The position numbers were made by a program, and so were the translations under genes. The notes beneath the pieces are model-generated. The model searched no databases and was not told the origin of the DNA. It worked only from the letters and a program-made list of their open reading frames with translations. This document shows positions 15,930-35,285 of a DNA stretch of 64,000 nt, piece by piece. The stretch lies in assembly GCF_009914755.1 (NCBI RefSeq), contig NC_060948.1; one strand, written 5' to 3'. Each line of letters begins with the position of its first letter. The first letter of the stretch is position 1. This DNA is from the human T2T-CHM13v2.0 reference genome, Homo sapiens.

Positions 15930-18055
15930 AGATCCATATTTTTTAAATGAAAAAAAATTTCAAAGGTACTCTGCTTGGTACAATAATCAAAAGTATAAAC
16001 TGAGGAATAAAACATAACCATGAAACCTACTTATAACTGCATATGGAAAATACAGAGGATAATTTTTTAAATAACATATTTTGAAAGCCTTAACTAGTAA
16101 TTTGAAGAGTTGGCATTTGAAAGGCCAGTATGAATATACCTTCAAAGCAGCAACACAGGTTCCCCATGAGAAACAGCAAACTCAGGGAAAATAAAACCAC
16201 AAAGGTTCAAGCTCTTCTGACCTTTGAAAGACACAGCACAGACAGTGGTCCTTAGGACGAAGAGCAGGAGACCCCTAATTCCGTCACCATGGCGATAGGG
16301 CATAAACATTGCTGGGTGAGGGCACAATCCACATTGTGAGGTCCAACTGCTGCCAGGAAGACAGGAGTGCTTTTACATAGACCGAAAGGTCATTGAAGGC
16401 TCAGAGTTTTGTTTCAAGAACTGAATCCCAAGCCCACACGTTATTAGGCTGCGCTTCTTAAAACAAGTTATGAGATGGGAAAAAGGGCACCCACAAACAT
16501 ACGTATACATTATGTATATAATAATATACAGTATCATATATATAATATATATAACCTATGTATAATATTGTTTTACATCCTGCATCTTATATTATATATA
16601 TTGTCTAAAATATAATAATTGATAATATATAAGTTTTATATTTATACAATATGACATATAGTATATATTATAATTTATGACATATATAATATATGTTATA
16701 TATCATATATAGAATATATTATACGGTTAATATACGTATTAAATATAAATTATACATTATATATATGATATATAATATATCTGTTATATATAATACCCAT
16801 TATGCATAATATGTATATTATGTCTATGTTATATATAGTATAAAACAACATATAATAATATATAATTGTATATATAAAATGCGACATATAATATATATTA
16901 TATTTTATGACATATGTAATATATATTATATATTATATATAATGCGTTGTATGTATAATACTTATATTAAATATATATTATATGACTATGTTATTAATTA
17001 CATGTCACATGTGTTATATATTATATATTTTACATAGAATATACCGGTTACATACAATATATACTATGTTACCTATAATGTATAATTGATTACATGTAAA
17101 ATAAAGAATGCAATATATTATGTATAATTTATAATATACAATATGTGGAATGTGATATATATAACATATAATATATGATATATGATATACAGTATATGAT
17201 ATATAACATACAATATATGATACCTAGTATAGATGGTATACAATATATATTTTATGATATGTATTCTATATGTTTTATATTCTGTTATATATAACTATTT
17301 GAAATTATATATAACTGTATAATATTTCATGTAAATATGTAATATAATATATATAACTATATAATATATTATATATAACTATATATTATGTTATATATAC
17401 TTTTATATCATAATTTACATAAAATGTCATAATAAAATATATATTATATTATTTCATATTACATAATATATATTACATATCACCCAATATAAGTAACATA
17501 CATAATATTATAATATAGATTATATTATGTTATGTTAAATATCATATATATGATGTATCATATATTCTATAATATATATTATACATTATATAATATGTAT
17601 GTTGTCTATTATGTGATATATATAACTATATATTATTATATTATTATACATATAACTAGATAAACACGTAATTCTACATATTTTCATTTATAATATATAG
17701 AATTATATAATCATGTATAATTATTTATATTCTATAAAAAATTATATCATTATATAAATTATAATATAAAAAAATTATAATATGTACTACAAATATATAT
17801 ATTATATATCATATATGATATAGTACCTTTGTTATATATCATAATACATATAAATGTGTATTATGTTATCTATAATTATATAATTTCATATATAAGATGT
17901 ATAATATGTATTATATATTGTATATGTTATGTAATATATATAGTATATATAAGCTGACACAGGATAAATATTATATACTATGACATATAAAATATATGAG
18001 GTTATATGTTACATATAAGGCATAGCACATAACATGTAATATATATCATATATAA

Positions 18056-18347
18056 TTTTTTTTTAGACAGAGTCTTGTCGTGTTGCACAGGGTGAAGTAC
18101 AATGGCGCCATCTTTGCTCACTGCAACATCTGCCTCACGGGTCCAAGCGATTGTCCTCCCTCAACCTCTCAGGTAGCTGGGAGTACACCACACTGGGACT
18201 ACACCAGCTGCCACCATGCCTAGCTAATTTTTTGGATTTTTAGTAGTGACAGCGTTTCACTGTATTGGCCAGGATGGTCTTGATCTCTTCACCTTGTGAT
18301 CCCCTTGCCTTGGCCTCCAAATTTGCTGGGATTACAGGCCTGAGCCA
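18056..18347 (-). mobile_element. Alu fragment, U8 (subtype B)
   Basis: Alu with gaagtac and caacctctcagg variants. Confidence 0.93.
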
Positions 18348-20452
18348 AGATCCATATTTTTTAAATGAAAAAAAATTTCAAAGGTACTCTGCTTGGTACA
18401 ATAATCAAATGTATAAACTGAGGAATAAAACATAACCATGAAACCTACTTATAACTGCATATGGAAAATACAGAGGATAATTTTTTAAATAACATATTTT
18501 GAAAGCCTTAACTAGTAATTTGAAGAGTTGGCATTTGAAAGGCCAGTATGAATATACCTTCAAAGCAGCAACACAGGTTCCCCATGAGAAACAGCAAACT
18601 CAGGGAAAATAAAACCACAAAAGTTCAAGCTCTTCTGACCTTTGAAAGACACAGCACAGACAGTGGTCCTTAGGACGAAGAGCAGGAGACCCCTAATTCC
18701 GTCACCATGGCGATAGGGCATAAACATTGCTGGGTGAGGGCACAATCCACATTGTGAGGTCCAACTGCTGCCAGGAAGACAGGAGTGCTTTTACATAGAC
18801 CGAAAGGTCATTGAAGGCTCAGAGTTTTGTTTCAAGAACTGAATCCCAAGCCCACACGTTATTAGGCTGCGCTTCTTAAAACAAGTTATGAGATGGGAAA
18901 AAGGGCACCCACAAACAAACGTATACATTATGTATATAATAATATACAGTATCATATATAAAATATGTATAACCTATGTATAATATTGTTTTACATCCTG
19001 CATCTTATATTATATATATTGTCTAAAATATAATAATTGATAATATATAAGTTTTATATTTATACAATATGACATATAGTATATATTATACTTTATGACA
19101 TATATAATATATGTTATATATCATATATAGAATATATTATACGGTTAATATACGTATTAAATATAAATTATACATTATATATATTATATAAAATATATCT
19201 GTTATATATAATACCCATTATGCATAATATATATATTATGTCTATGTTATATATAGTATAAAACAACATATAATAATATATAATTGTATATATAAAATGC
19301 GACATATAATATATATTATATTTTATGACATATGTAATATATATTATATATTATATATAATACTTTGTATGTATAATACCTATATAAAATATATATTATA
19401 TGACTATGTTATTAATTACATGTCACATGTGTTATATATTATATATTTTACATAGAATATACCGGTTACATACAATATATACTATGTTACCTATAATGTA
19501 TAATTTATTACATGTAAAATAAAGAATGGAATATATTATGTATAATTTATAATATGCCATATGTGGAATGTGATATATATAACATATAATATATGATATA
19601 TGATATACAGTATATAATATATAACATACAATATATGATTCCTAAAATATATGGTATACAATATATATTTTATGATATGTATTCTATATGTTTTATATTC
19701 TGTTATATATAACTATTTGAAATTATATATAACTGTATAATATTTTATGTGAATATGTAATATAATATATATAACTATATAATATATTATATATAACTAT
19801 ATATTATGTTATATATACTTTTATAACATAATTTACATAAAATATCGTAACATAATATATATTATATTATTTCATATTACATAATATATATTACATATCA
19901 CCCAATATAACTAACATACATAATATTATAATATAGATTATATTATGTTATCTTAAATATCATATATATCATGTATCATATATTCTATAATATATATTAC
20001 ACATTATATAATATGTATGTTTTCTATTATGTGATATATATAACTATATATATAATTATATTTTTATACATATAACTAGATAAACATGTAATTCTACATA
20101 TTTTCATTTATAATATGTAGAATTATATAATCATATATAATTATTTATATTCTATAAAAAATTTTATCATTATATAAATTATAATATATAAAAATTATAA
20201 TATGTACTACAAATATATATATTATATATCATATATGCTATAGTACCTTTGTTATATATCATAATACATATAAATGTGTATTATGTTATCTATAATTATA
20301 TAATTTCATATATAAGTTGTATAATATGTATCATATATTATATATGTTATGTAATATATATAGTATATATAAGATGACACAGGATAAATATTATATACTA
20401 TGACATATAAAATATATGAGGTTATATGTTACATATAAGGCATAGCACATAA

Positions 20453-20767
<315 letters not shown>

Positions 20768-22872
20768 AGATCCATATTCTTTACATGAAAAAAAATTTCA
20801 AAGGTACTCTGCTTGGTACAATAATCAAATGTATAAACTGAGGAATAAAACATAACCATGAAACCTACTTATAACTGCATATGGAAAATACAGAGGATAA
20901 TTTTTTAAATAACATATTTTGAAAGCCTTAACTAGTAATTTGAAGAGCTGGCATTTGAAAGGCCAGTATGAATATACCTTCAAAGCAGCAACACAGGTTC
21001 CCCATGAGAAAAAGCAAACAGAGGGAAAATAAAAACACAAAGGTTCAATCTCTTCTGACCTTTGAAAGACACAGCACAGACAGTGGTCCTTAGGACGAAG
21101 AGCAGGAGACCCCTAATTCCGTCACCATGGCGATAGGGCATAAACATTGCTGGGTGAGGGCACAATCCACATTGTGAGGTCCAACTGCTGCCAGGAAGAC
21201 AGGAGTGCTTTTACATAGACCGAAAGGTCATTGAAGGCTCAGAGTTTTGTTTCAAGAACTGAATCCCAAGCCCACACGTTATTAGGCTGCGCTTCTTTAA
21301 ACAAGTTATGAGATGGGAAAAAGGGCACCCACAAACATACGTATACATTATGTATATAATAATATACAGTATCATATATATAATATATATAACCTATGTA
21401 TAATATTGTTTTACATCCTGCATCTTATGTTATATATATTGTATAAAATATAATAATTGATAATATATAAGTTTTATAATTATACAATATGACATATAGT
21501 ATATATTATAATTTATGACATATATAATATATGTTATATATCATATATAGAATATATTATACGGTTAATATACGTATTAAATATAAATTATACATTATAT
21601 ATATTATATATAATATATCTGTTATATATAATACCCATTATGCATAATATATATATTATGTCTATGTTATATATAGTATAAAACAACATATAATAATATA
21701 TAATTGTATATATAAAATGCGACATATAATATATATTATATTTTATGACATATGTAATATATATTATATATTATATATAATACGTTGTATGTATAATACC
21801 TATATTAAATATATATTATATGACTATGTTATAAATTACATGTCACATGTGTTATATATTATTTATTTTACATAGAATATACCGGTTACATACAATATAT
21901 ACTATGTTACCTATAATGTATAATTTATTACATGTAAAATAAAGAATGCAATATATTATGTATAATTTATAATATACCATATGTGGAATGTGATATATAT
22001 AACATATAATATATGATATATGATATACAGTATATGATATATAACATACAATATATGATTCCTAATATATATGGTATACAATATATATTTTATGATATGT
22101 ATCCTATATGTTTTATATTCTGTTATATATAACTATTTGAAATTATATATAACTGTATAATATTTTATGTAAATATGTAATATAATATATATAACTATAT
22201 AATATATTATATATAACTATATATTATATTATATATACTTTTATAACATAATTTACATAAAATATCATAATATAATATATATTATATTATTTCATATTAC
22301 ATAATACATATTACATATCACCCAATATAACTAACATACATAATATTATAATATAGATTATATTATGTTATATTAAATATCATATATATCATGTATCATA
22401 TATTCTATAATATATATTACACATTATATAATATGTATGTTGTCTATTATGTGATATATATAACTATATATATAATTATATTTTTATACATATAACTAGA
22501 TAAACCTGTAATTCTACATATTTTCATTTATAATATGTAGAATTATATAATCATATATAATTATTTATATTCTATAAAAAATTTTATCATTATATAAATT
22601 ATAATATATAAAAATTATAATATGTACTACAAATATATATATTATATATCATATATGCTATAGTACCTTTGTTATATATCATAATACATATAAATGTGTA
22701 TTATGTTATCTATAATTATATAATTTCATATATAAGTTGTATAATATGTATCATATATTATATATGTTATGTAATATATATAGTATATATAAGATGACAC
22801 AGGATAAATACTATATACTATGACATATAAAATATATGAGGTTATATGTTACATATAAGGCATAGCACATAA

Positions 22873-23187
<315 letters not shown>

Positions 23188-25292
23188 AGATCCATATTTT
23201 TTAAATGAAAAACAATTTCAAAGGTACTCTGCTTGGTACAATAATCAAATGTATAAACTGAGGAATAAAACATAACCATGAAACCTACTTATAACTGCAT
23301 ATGGAAAATACAGAGGATAATTTTTTAAATAACATATTTTGAAAGCCTTAACTAGTAATTTGAAGAGTTGGCATGTGAAAGGCCAGTATGAATATACCTT
23401 CAAAGCAGCAACACAGGTTCCCCATGAGAAAAAGCAAACACAGGGAAAATAAAAACACAAAGGTTCAATCTCTTCTGACCTTTGAAAGACACAGCACAGA
23501 CAGTGGTCCTTAGGACGAAGAGCAGGAGACCCCTAATTCCGTCACCATGGCGATAGGGCATAAACATTGCTGGGTGAGGGCACAATCCACATTGTGAGGT
23601 CCAACTGCTGCCAGGAAGACAGGAGTGCTTTTACATAGACCGAAATGTCATTGAAGGCTCAGAGTTTTGTTTCAAGAACTGAATCCCAAGCCCACACGTT
23701 ATTAGGCTGCGCTTCTTAAAACAAGTTATGAGATGGGAAAAAGGGCACCCACAAACATACGTATACATTATGTATATAATAATATACAGTATCATATATA
23801 TAATATATATAACCTATGTATAATATTGTTTTACATCCTGCATCTTATGTTATATATATTGTATAAAATATAATAATTGATAATATATAAGTTTTATATT
23901 TATACAATATGACATATAATATATATTATAATTTATGACATATATAATATATGTTATATATCATATATAGAATATATTATACGGTTAATATACGTATTAA
24001 ATATAAATTATAAATTATATATATTATATATAATATATCTGTTATATATAATAACCATTATGCATAATATATATATTATGTCTATGTTATATATAGTATC
24101 AAACAACATATAATAATATATAATTGTATATGTAAAATGCGACATATAATATATATTATATTTTATAACATATGTAATATATATTATATATTATATATAA
24201 TACGTTGTATGAATAATACCTATATTAAATATATATTATATGACTATGTTATTAATTACATGTCACATGTGTTATATATTATATATTTTACATAGAATAT
24301 ACCGGTTGCATACAATATATACTATGTTACCTATAATGTATAATTTATTACATGTAAAATAAAGAATGCAATATATTATGTATAATTTATAATATACCAT
24401 ATGTGGAATGTGATATATATAACATATAATATATGATATATGATATACAGTATATGATATATAACATACAATATATGATTCCTAATATATATGGTATACA
24501 ATATATATTTTATGATATGTATTCTATACGTTTTATATTCTGTTATATATAACTATTTGAAATTATATATAACTGTATAATATTTTATGTAAATATGTAA
24601 TATAATATATATAACTATATAATATATTATATATAAATATATATTATGTTATATATACTTTTATAACATAATTTACATAAAATATCATAATATAATATAT
24701 ATTATATTATTTCATATTACATAATATATATTACATATCACCCAATATAACTAACATACATAATATTATAATATAGATTATATTGTGTTATATTAAATAT
24801 CATATATATCATGTATCATATATTCTATAATATATATTACACATTATATAATATGCATGTTGTCTATTATGTGATATATATAACTATATATATAATTATA
24901 TTTTTATACATATAACTAGATAAACATGTAATTCTACATATTTTCATTTATAATATGTAGAATTATATAATCATATATAATTATTTATATTCTATAAAAA
25001 ATTTTATCATTATATAAATTATAATATATAAAAATTATAATATGTACTACAAATATATATATTATATATCATATATGATATAGTACCTTTGTTATATATC
25101 ATAATACATATAAATGTGTATTATGTTATCTATAATTATATAATTTCATATATAAGATGTATAATATGTATCATATATTATATATGTTATGTAATATATA
25201 TTGTATATATAAGATGACACAGGATAAATATTATATACTATGACATATAAAATATATGAGGTTATATGTTACATATAAGGCATAGCACATAA

Positions 25293-25607
<315 letters not shown>

Positions 25608-27712
25608 AGATCCATATTTTTTAAATGAAAAAAAATTTCAAAGGTACTCTGCTTGGTACAATAATCAAATGTATAAACTGAGGAATAAAACATAACCATG
25701 AAACCTACTTATAACTGCATATGGAAAATACAGAGGATAATTTTTTAAATAACATATTTTGAAAGCCTTAACTAGTAATTTGAAGAGTTGGCATTTGAAA
25801 GGCCAGTATGAATATACCTTCAAAGCAGCAACACAGGTTCCCCATGAGAAAAAGCAAACACAGGGAAAATAAAAACACAAAGGTTCAATCTCTTCTGACC
25901 TTTGAAAGACACAGCACAGACAGTGGTCCTTAGGACGAAGAGCAGGAGACCCCTAATTCCGTCACCATGGCGATAGGGCATAAACATTGCTGGGTGAGGG
26001 CACAATCCACATTGTGAGGTCCAACTGCTGCCAGGAAGACAGGAGTGCTTTTACATAGACCGAAAGGTCATTGAAGGCTCAGAGTTTTGTTTCAAGAACT
26101 GAATCCCAAGCCCACACGTTATTAGGCTGCGCTTCTTAAAACAAGTTATGAGATGGGAAAAAGGGCACCCACAAACATACGTATACATTATGTATATAAT
26201 AATATACAGTATCATATATATAATATATATAACCTATGTATAATATTGTTTTACATCCTGCATCTTATGTTATATATATTGTATAAAATATAATAATTGA
26301 TAATATATAAGTTTTATAATTATACAATATGACATATAGTATATATTATAATTTACGACATATATAATATATGTTATATGTCATATATAGAATATATTAT
26401 ACGGTTAATATACGTATTAAATATAAATTATACATTCTATATATTGTATATAATATATCTGTTATATATAATAGCCATTATGCATAATATATATATTATG
26501 TCTATGTTATATATAGTATAAAACAACATATAATAATATATAATTGTATATATAAAATGCGACATATAATATATATTATATTTTATAACATATGAAATAT
26601 ATATTATATATTATATATAATACGTTGTATGTATAATACCTATATTAAATATATATTATATGACTATGTTAGTAATTACATGTCACATGTGTTATATATT
26701 ATATATTTTACATAGAATATACCGGTTACATACAATATATACTATGTTACCTATAATGTATTATTTATTACATGTAAAATAAAGAATGCAATATATTATG
26801 TATAATTTATAATATACCATATGTGGAATGTCATATATATAACATATAATATATGATATATGATATACAGTATATGATATATAACATACAATATATGATT
26901 CCTAATACATATGGTATACAATATATATTTTATGATATGTATTCTATATGTTTTATATTCTGTTATATATAACTATTTGAAATTATATATAACTGTATAA
27001 TATTTTATGTAAATATGTAATATAATATATATAACTATATAATATATTATATATAACTATATATTATGTTATATATACTTTTATAACATAATTTACATAA
27101 AATATCATAATATAATATATATTACATTATTTCATATTACATAATATATATTACATATCACCCAATATAACTAACATACATAATATTATAATATAGATTA
27201 TAATATGTTATATTAAATATCATATATATCATGTATCATATATTCTATAATATATATTACACATTATATAATATGTATGTTGTCTATTATGTGATATATA
27301 TAACTCTATATATAATTATATTTTTATACATATAACTAGATAAACATGTAATTCTACATATTTTCATTTATAATATGTAGAATTATATAATCATATATAA
27401 TTATTTATATTCTATAAAAAATTTTATCATTATATTAATTATAATATATAAAAATTATAATATGTACTACAAATATATATATTATATATCATATATGATA
27501 TAGTACCTTTGTTATATATCATAATACATATAAATGTGTATTATGTTATCTATAATTATATAATTTCATATATAAGATATATAATATGTATCATATATTA
27601 CATAAGTTATGTAATATATGTAGTATATATAAGATGACACAGGATAAATATTATATACTATGACATATAAAATATATGAGGTTATATGTTACATATAAGG
27701 CATAGCACATAA

Positions 27713-28027
<315 letters not shown>

Positions 28028-30132
28028 AGATCCATATTTTTTAAATGAAAAAAAATTTCAAAGGTACTCTGCTTGGTACAATAATCAAATGTATAAACTG
28101 AGGAATAAAACATAACCATGAAACCTACTTATAACTGCATATGGAAAATACAGAGGATAATTTTTTAAATAACATATTTTGAAAGCCTTAACTAGTAATT
28201 TGAAGAGTTGGCATTTGAAAGGCCAGTATGAATATACCTTCAAAGCAGCAACACAGGTTCCCCATGAGAAAAAGCAAACACAGGGAAAATAAAAACACAA
28301 AGGTTCAATCTCTTCTGACCTTTGAAAGACACAGCACAGACAGTGGTCCTTAGGACGAAGAGCAGGAGACCCCTAATTCCGTCACCATGGCGATAGGGCA
28401 TAAACATTGCTGGGTGAGGGCACAATCCACATTGTGAGGTCCAACTGCTGCCAGGAAGACAGGAGTGCTTTTACATAGACCGAAAGGTCATTGAAGGCTC
28501 AGAGTTTTGTTTCAAGAACTGAATCCCAAGCCCACACGTTATTAGGCTGCGCTTCTTAAAACAAGTTATGAGATGGGAAAAAGGGCACCCACAAACATAC
28601 GTATACATTATGTATATAATAATATACAGTATCATATATATAATATATATAACCTATGTATAATATTGTTTTACATCCTGCATCTTATGTTATATATATT
28701 GTATAAAATATAATAATTGATAATATATAAGTTTTATAATTATACAATATGACATATAGTATATATTATAATTTATGACATATATAATATATGTTATATG
28801 TCATATATAGAATATATTATACGGTTAATATACGTATTAAATATAAATTATACATTCTATATATTATATATAATATATCTGTTATATATAATACCCATTA
28901 TGCATAATATATATATTATGTCTATGTTATATATAGTATAAAACAACATATAATAATATATAATTGTATATATAAAATGCGACATATAATATATATTATA
29001 TTTTATAACATATGAAATATATATTATATATTATATATAATACGTTGTATGTATAATACCTATATTAAATATATATTATATGACTATGTTATTAATTACA
29101 TGTCACATGTGTTATATATTATATATTTTACATAGAATATACCGGTTACATACAATATATACTATGTTACCTATAATGTATTATTTATTACATGTAAAAT
29201 AAAGAATGCAATATATTATGTATAATTTATAATATACCATATGTGGAATGTCATATATATAACATATAATATATGATATATGATATACAGTATATGATAT
29301 ATAACATACAATATATGATTCCTAATACATATGGTATACAATATATATTTTATGATATGTATTCTATATGTTTTATATTCTGTTATATATAACTATTTGA
29401 AATTATATATAACTGTATAATATTTTATGTAAATATGTAATATAATATATATAACTATATAATATATTATATATAACTATATATTATGTTATATATACTT
29501 TTATAACATAATTTACATAAAATATCATAATATAATATATATTATATTATTTCATATTACATAATATATATTACATATCACCCAATATAACTAACATACA
29601 TAATATTATTATATAGATTATATTATGTTATATTAAATATCATATATATCATGTATCATATATTCTATAATATATATTACACATTATATAATATGTATGT
29701 TGTCTATTATGTGATATATATAACTCTATATATAATTATATTTTTATACATATAACTAGATAAACATGTAATTCTACATATTTTCATTTATAATATGTAG
29801 AATTATATAATCACATATAATTATTTATATTCTATAAAAAATTTTATCATTATATAAATTATAATATATAAAAATTATAATATGTACTACAAATATATAT
29901 ATTATATATCATATATGATATAGTACCTTTGTTATATATCATAATACATATAAATGTGTATTATGTTATCTATAATTATATAATTTCATATATAAGATGT
30001 ATAATATGTATCATATATTATATATGTTATGTAATATATGTAGTATATATAAGATGACACAGGATAAATATTATATACTATGACATATAAAATATATGAG
30101 GTTATATGTTACATATAAGGCATAGCACATAA

Positions 30133-30447
<315 letters not shown>

Positions 30448-32545
30448 AGATCCATATTTTTTAAATGAAAAAAAATTTCAAAGGTACTCTGCTTGGTACA
30501 ATAATCAAATGTATGAACTGAGGAATAAAACATAACCATGAAACCTACTTATAACTGCATATGGAAAATACAGAGGATAATTTTTTAAATAACATATTTT
30601 GAAAGCCTTAACTAGTAATTTGAAGAGCTGGCATTTGAAAGGCCAGTATGAATATACCTTCAAAGCAGCAACACAGGTTCCCCATGAGAAAAAGCAAACA
30701 CAGGGAAAATAAAAACACAAAGGTTCAATCTCTTCTGACCTTTGAAAGACACAGCACAGACAGTGGTCCTTAGGACGAAGAGCAGGAGACCCCTAATTCC
30801 GTCACCATGGCGATAGGGCATAAACATTGCTGGGTGAGGGCACAATCCACATTGTGAGGTCCAACTGCTGCCAGGAAGACAGGAGTGCTTTTACATAGAC
30901 CGAAAGGTCATTGAAGGCTCAGAGTTTTGTTTCAAGAACTGAATCCCAAGCCCACACGTTATTAGGCTGCGCTTCTTAAAACAAGTTATGAGATGGGAAA
31001 AAGGGCACCCACAAACATACGTATACATTATGTATATAATAATATACAGTATCATATATATAATATATATAACCTATGTATAATATTGTTTTACATCCTG
31101 CATCTTATGTTATATATATTGTATAAAATATAATAATTGATAATATATAAGTTTTATAATTATACAATACGACATATAGTATATATTATAATTTATGACA
31201 TATATAATATATGTTATATGTCATATATAGAATATATTATACGGTTAATATACGTATTAAATATAAATTATACATTCTATATATTGTATATAATATATCT
31301 GTTATATATAATAGCCATTATGCATAATATATATATTCTGTCTATGTTATATATAGTATAAAACAACATATAATAATATATAATTGTATATATAAAATGC
31401 GACATATAATATATATTATATTTTATAACATATGAAATATATATTATATATTATATATAATACGTTGTATGTATAATACCTATATTAAATATATATTATA
31501 TGACTATGTTATTAATTACATGTCACATGTGTTATATATTATATATTTTACATAGAATATACCGGTTACATACAATATATACTATGTTACCTATAATGTA
31601 TAATTTATTACATGTAAAATAAAGAATGCAATATATTATGTATAATTTATAATATACCATATGTGGAATGTGATATATATAACATATAATATATGATATA
31701 TGATATACAGTATATGATATATAACATACAATATATGATTCCTAATATATATGGTATACAATATATATTTTATGATATGTATTCTCTATGTTTTATATTC
31801 TGTTATATATAACTATTTGAAATTATATATAACTGTATAATATTTTATGTAAATATGTAATATAATATATATAACTATATAATATATTATATATAACTAT
31901 ATATTATGTTATATATACTTTTATAACATAATTTACATAAAATATCATAATATAATATATATTATATTATTTCATATTACATAATATATATTACATATCA
32001 CCCAATATAACAAACATACATAATATTATAATATAGATTATATTGTGTTATATTAAATATCATATATATCATGTATCATATATTCTATAATATATATTAA
32101 ACATTATATAATATGTACGTTGTCTATTATGTGATATATATAACTATATATATAATTATATTTTTATACATATAACTGGATAAACATGTAATTCTACATA
32201 TTTTCATTTATAATATGTAGAATTATTTAATCATATATAATTTTTTATATTCTATAAAAAATTTTATCATATTATAAATTATAATATATAAAAATTATAA
32301 TATGTACTACAAATATATATATTATATATCATATATGATATAGTACCTTTGTTATATATCACAATACATATAAATGTGTATTATGTTATCTATAATTATA
32401 TAATTTCATATATAAGATGTATAATATGTATTATATATTGTATATGTTATGTAATATATATAGTATATATAAGCTGACAGAGGATAAATATTATATACTA
32501 TGACATATAAAATATATGAGGTTATATGTTACATATAAGGCATAG

Positions 32546-32866
<321 letters not shown>

Positions 32867-34964
32867 AGATCCATATTTTTTAAATGAAAAAAAATTTCAA
32901 AGGTACTCTGCTTGGTACAATAATCAAATGTATAAACTGAGGAATAAAACATAACCATGAAACCTACTTATAACTGCATATGGAAAATACAGAGGATAAT
33001 TTTTTAAATAACATATTTTGAAAGCCTTAACTAGTAATTTGAAGAGTTGGCATTTGAAAGGCCAGTATGAATATACCTTCAAAGCAGCAACACAGGTTCC
33101 CCATGAGAAACAGCAAACTCAGGGAAAATAAAAACACAAAGGTTCAATCTCTTCTGACCTTTGAAAGACACAGCACAGACAGTGGTCCTTAGGACGAAGA
33201 GCAGGAGACCCCTAATTCCGTCACCATGGCGATAGGGCATAAACATTGCTGGGTGAGGGCACAATCCACATTGTGAGGTCCAACTGCTGCCAGGAAGACA
33301 GGAGTGCTTTTACATAGACCGAAATGTCATTGAAGGCTCAGAGTTTTGTTTCAAGAACTGAATCCCAAGCCCACACGTTATTAGGCTGCGCTTCTTAAAA
33401 CAAGTTATGAGATGGGAAAAAGGGCACCCACAAACATACGTATACATTATGTATATAATAATATACAGTATCATATATATAATATATATAACCTATGTAT
33501 AATATTGTTTTACATCCTGCATCTTATATTATATATATTGTCTAAAATATAATAATTGATAATATATAAGTTTTATATTTATACAATATGACACATAGTA
33601 TATATTATAATTTATGACATATATAATATATGTTATATATCATATATAGAATATATTATACGGTTAATATACGTATTAAATATAAATTATACATTATATA
33701 TATTATATATAATATATCTGTTATATATAATACCCATTATGCATAATATGTATATTATGTCTATGTTATATATAGTATAAAACAACATATAATAATACAT
33801 AATTGTATATATAAAATGCGACATATAATATATATTTTATTTTATGACATATGTAATATATATTATATATTATATATAATACGTTGTATGTATAATACCT
33901 ATATTAAATATATATTATATGACTATGTTATTAATTACATGTCACATATGTTATATATTATATATTTTACATAGAATATACCGGTTACATACAATATATA
34001 CTGTGTTACCTATAATGTATAATTGATTACATGTAAAATAAAGAATGCAATATATTATGTATAATTTATAATATACAATATGTGGAATGTGATATATATA
34101 ACATATAATATATGATATATGATATACAGTATATGATATATAACATACAATATATGATACCTAGTATATATGGTATACAATATATATTTTATGATATGTA
34201 TTCTTTATGTTTTATATTCTGTTATATATAACTATTTGAAGTTATATATAACTGTATAATATTTTATGTAAATATGTAATATAATATATATAACTATATA
34301 ATATATTATATATAACTATATATTATGTTATATATACTTTTATATCATAATTTACATAAAATGTCATAATATAATATATATTATATTATTCCACATTACA
34401 TAATATATATTACATATCACCCAATATAAGTAACATAGATAATATTATAATATAGATTATATTATGTTATATTAAATATCATATATATCATGTATCATAT
34501 ATTCTATAATATATATTACACATTATATAATATGTATGTTGTCTATTATGTGATATATATAACTATATATATAATTATATTATTATACATATAACTAGAT
34601 AAACATGTAATTCTACATATTTTCATTTATAATATATAGAATTATGTAATCATATATAATTATTTATATTCTATAAAAAATTATATCATTATATAAATTA
34701 TAATATAAAAAAATTATAATATGTACTACAAATATATATATTATATATCATATATGATATAGTACCTTTGTTATATATCATAATACATATAAATGTGTAT
34801 TATGTTATCTATAATTATATAATTTCATATATAAGATGTATAATATGTATTATATATTGTATATGTTATGTAATGTATATAGTATATATAAGCTGACACA
34901 GGATAAATATTATATACCATGACATATAAAATATATGAGGTTATATGTTACATATAAGGCATAG

Positions 34965-35285
<321 letters not shown>

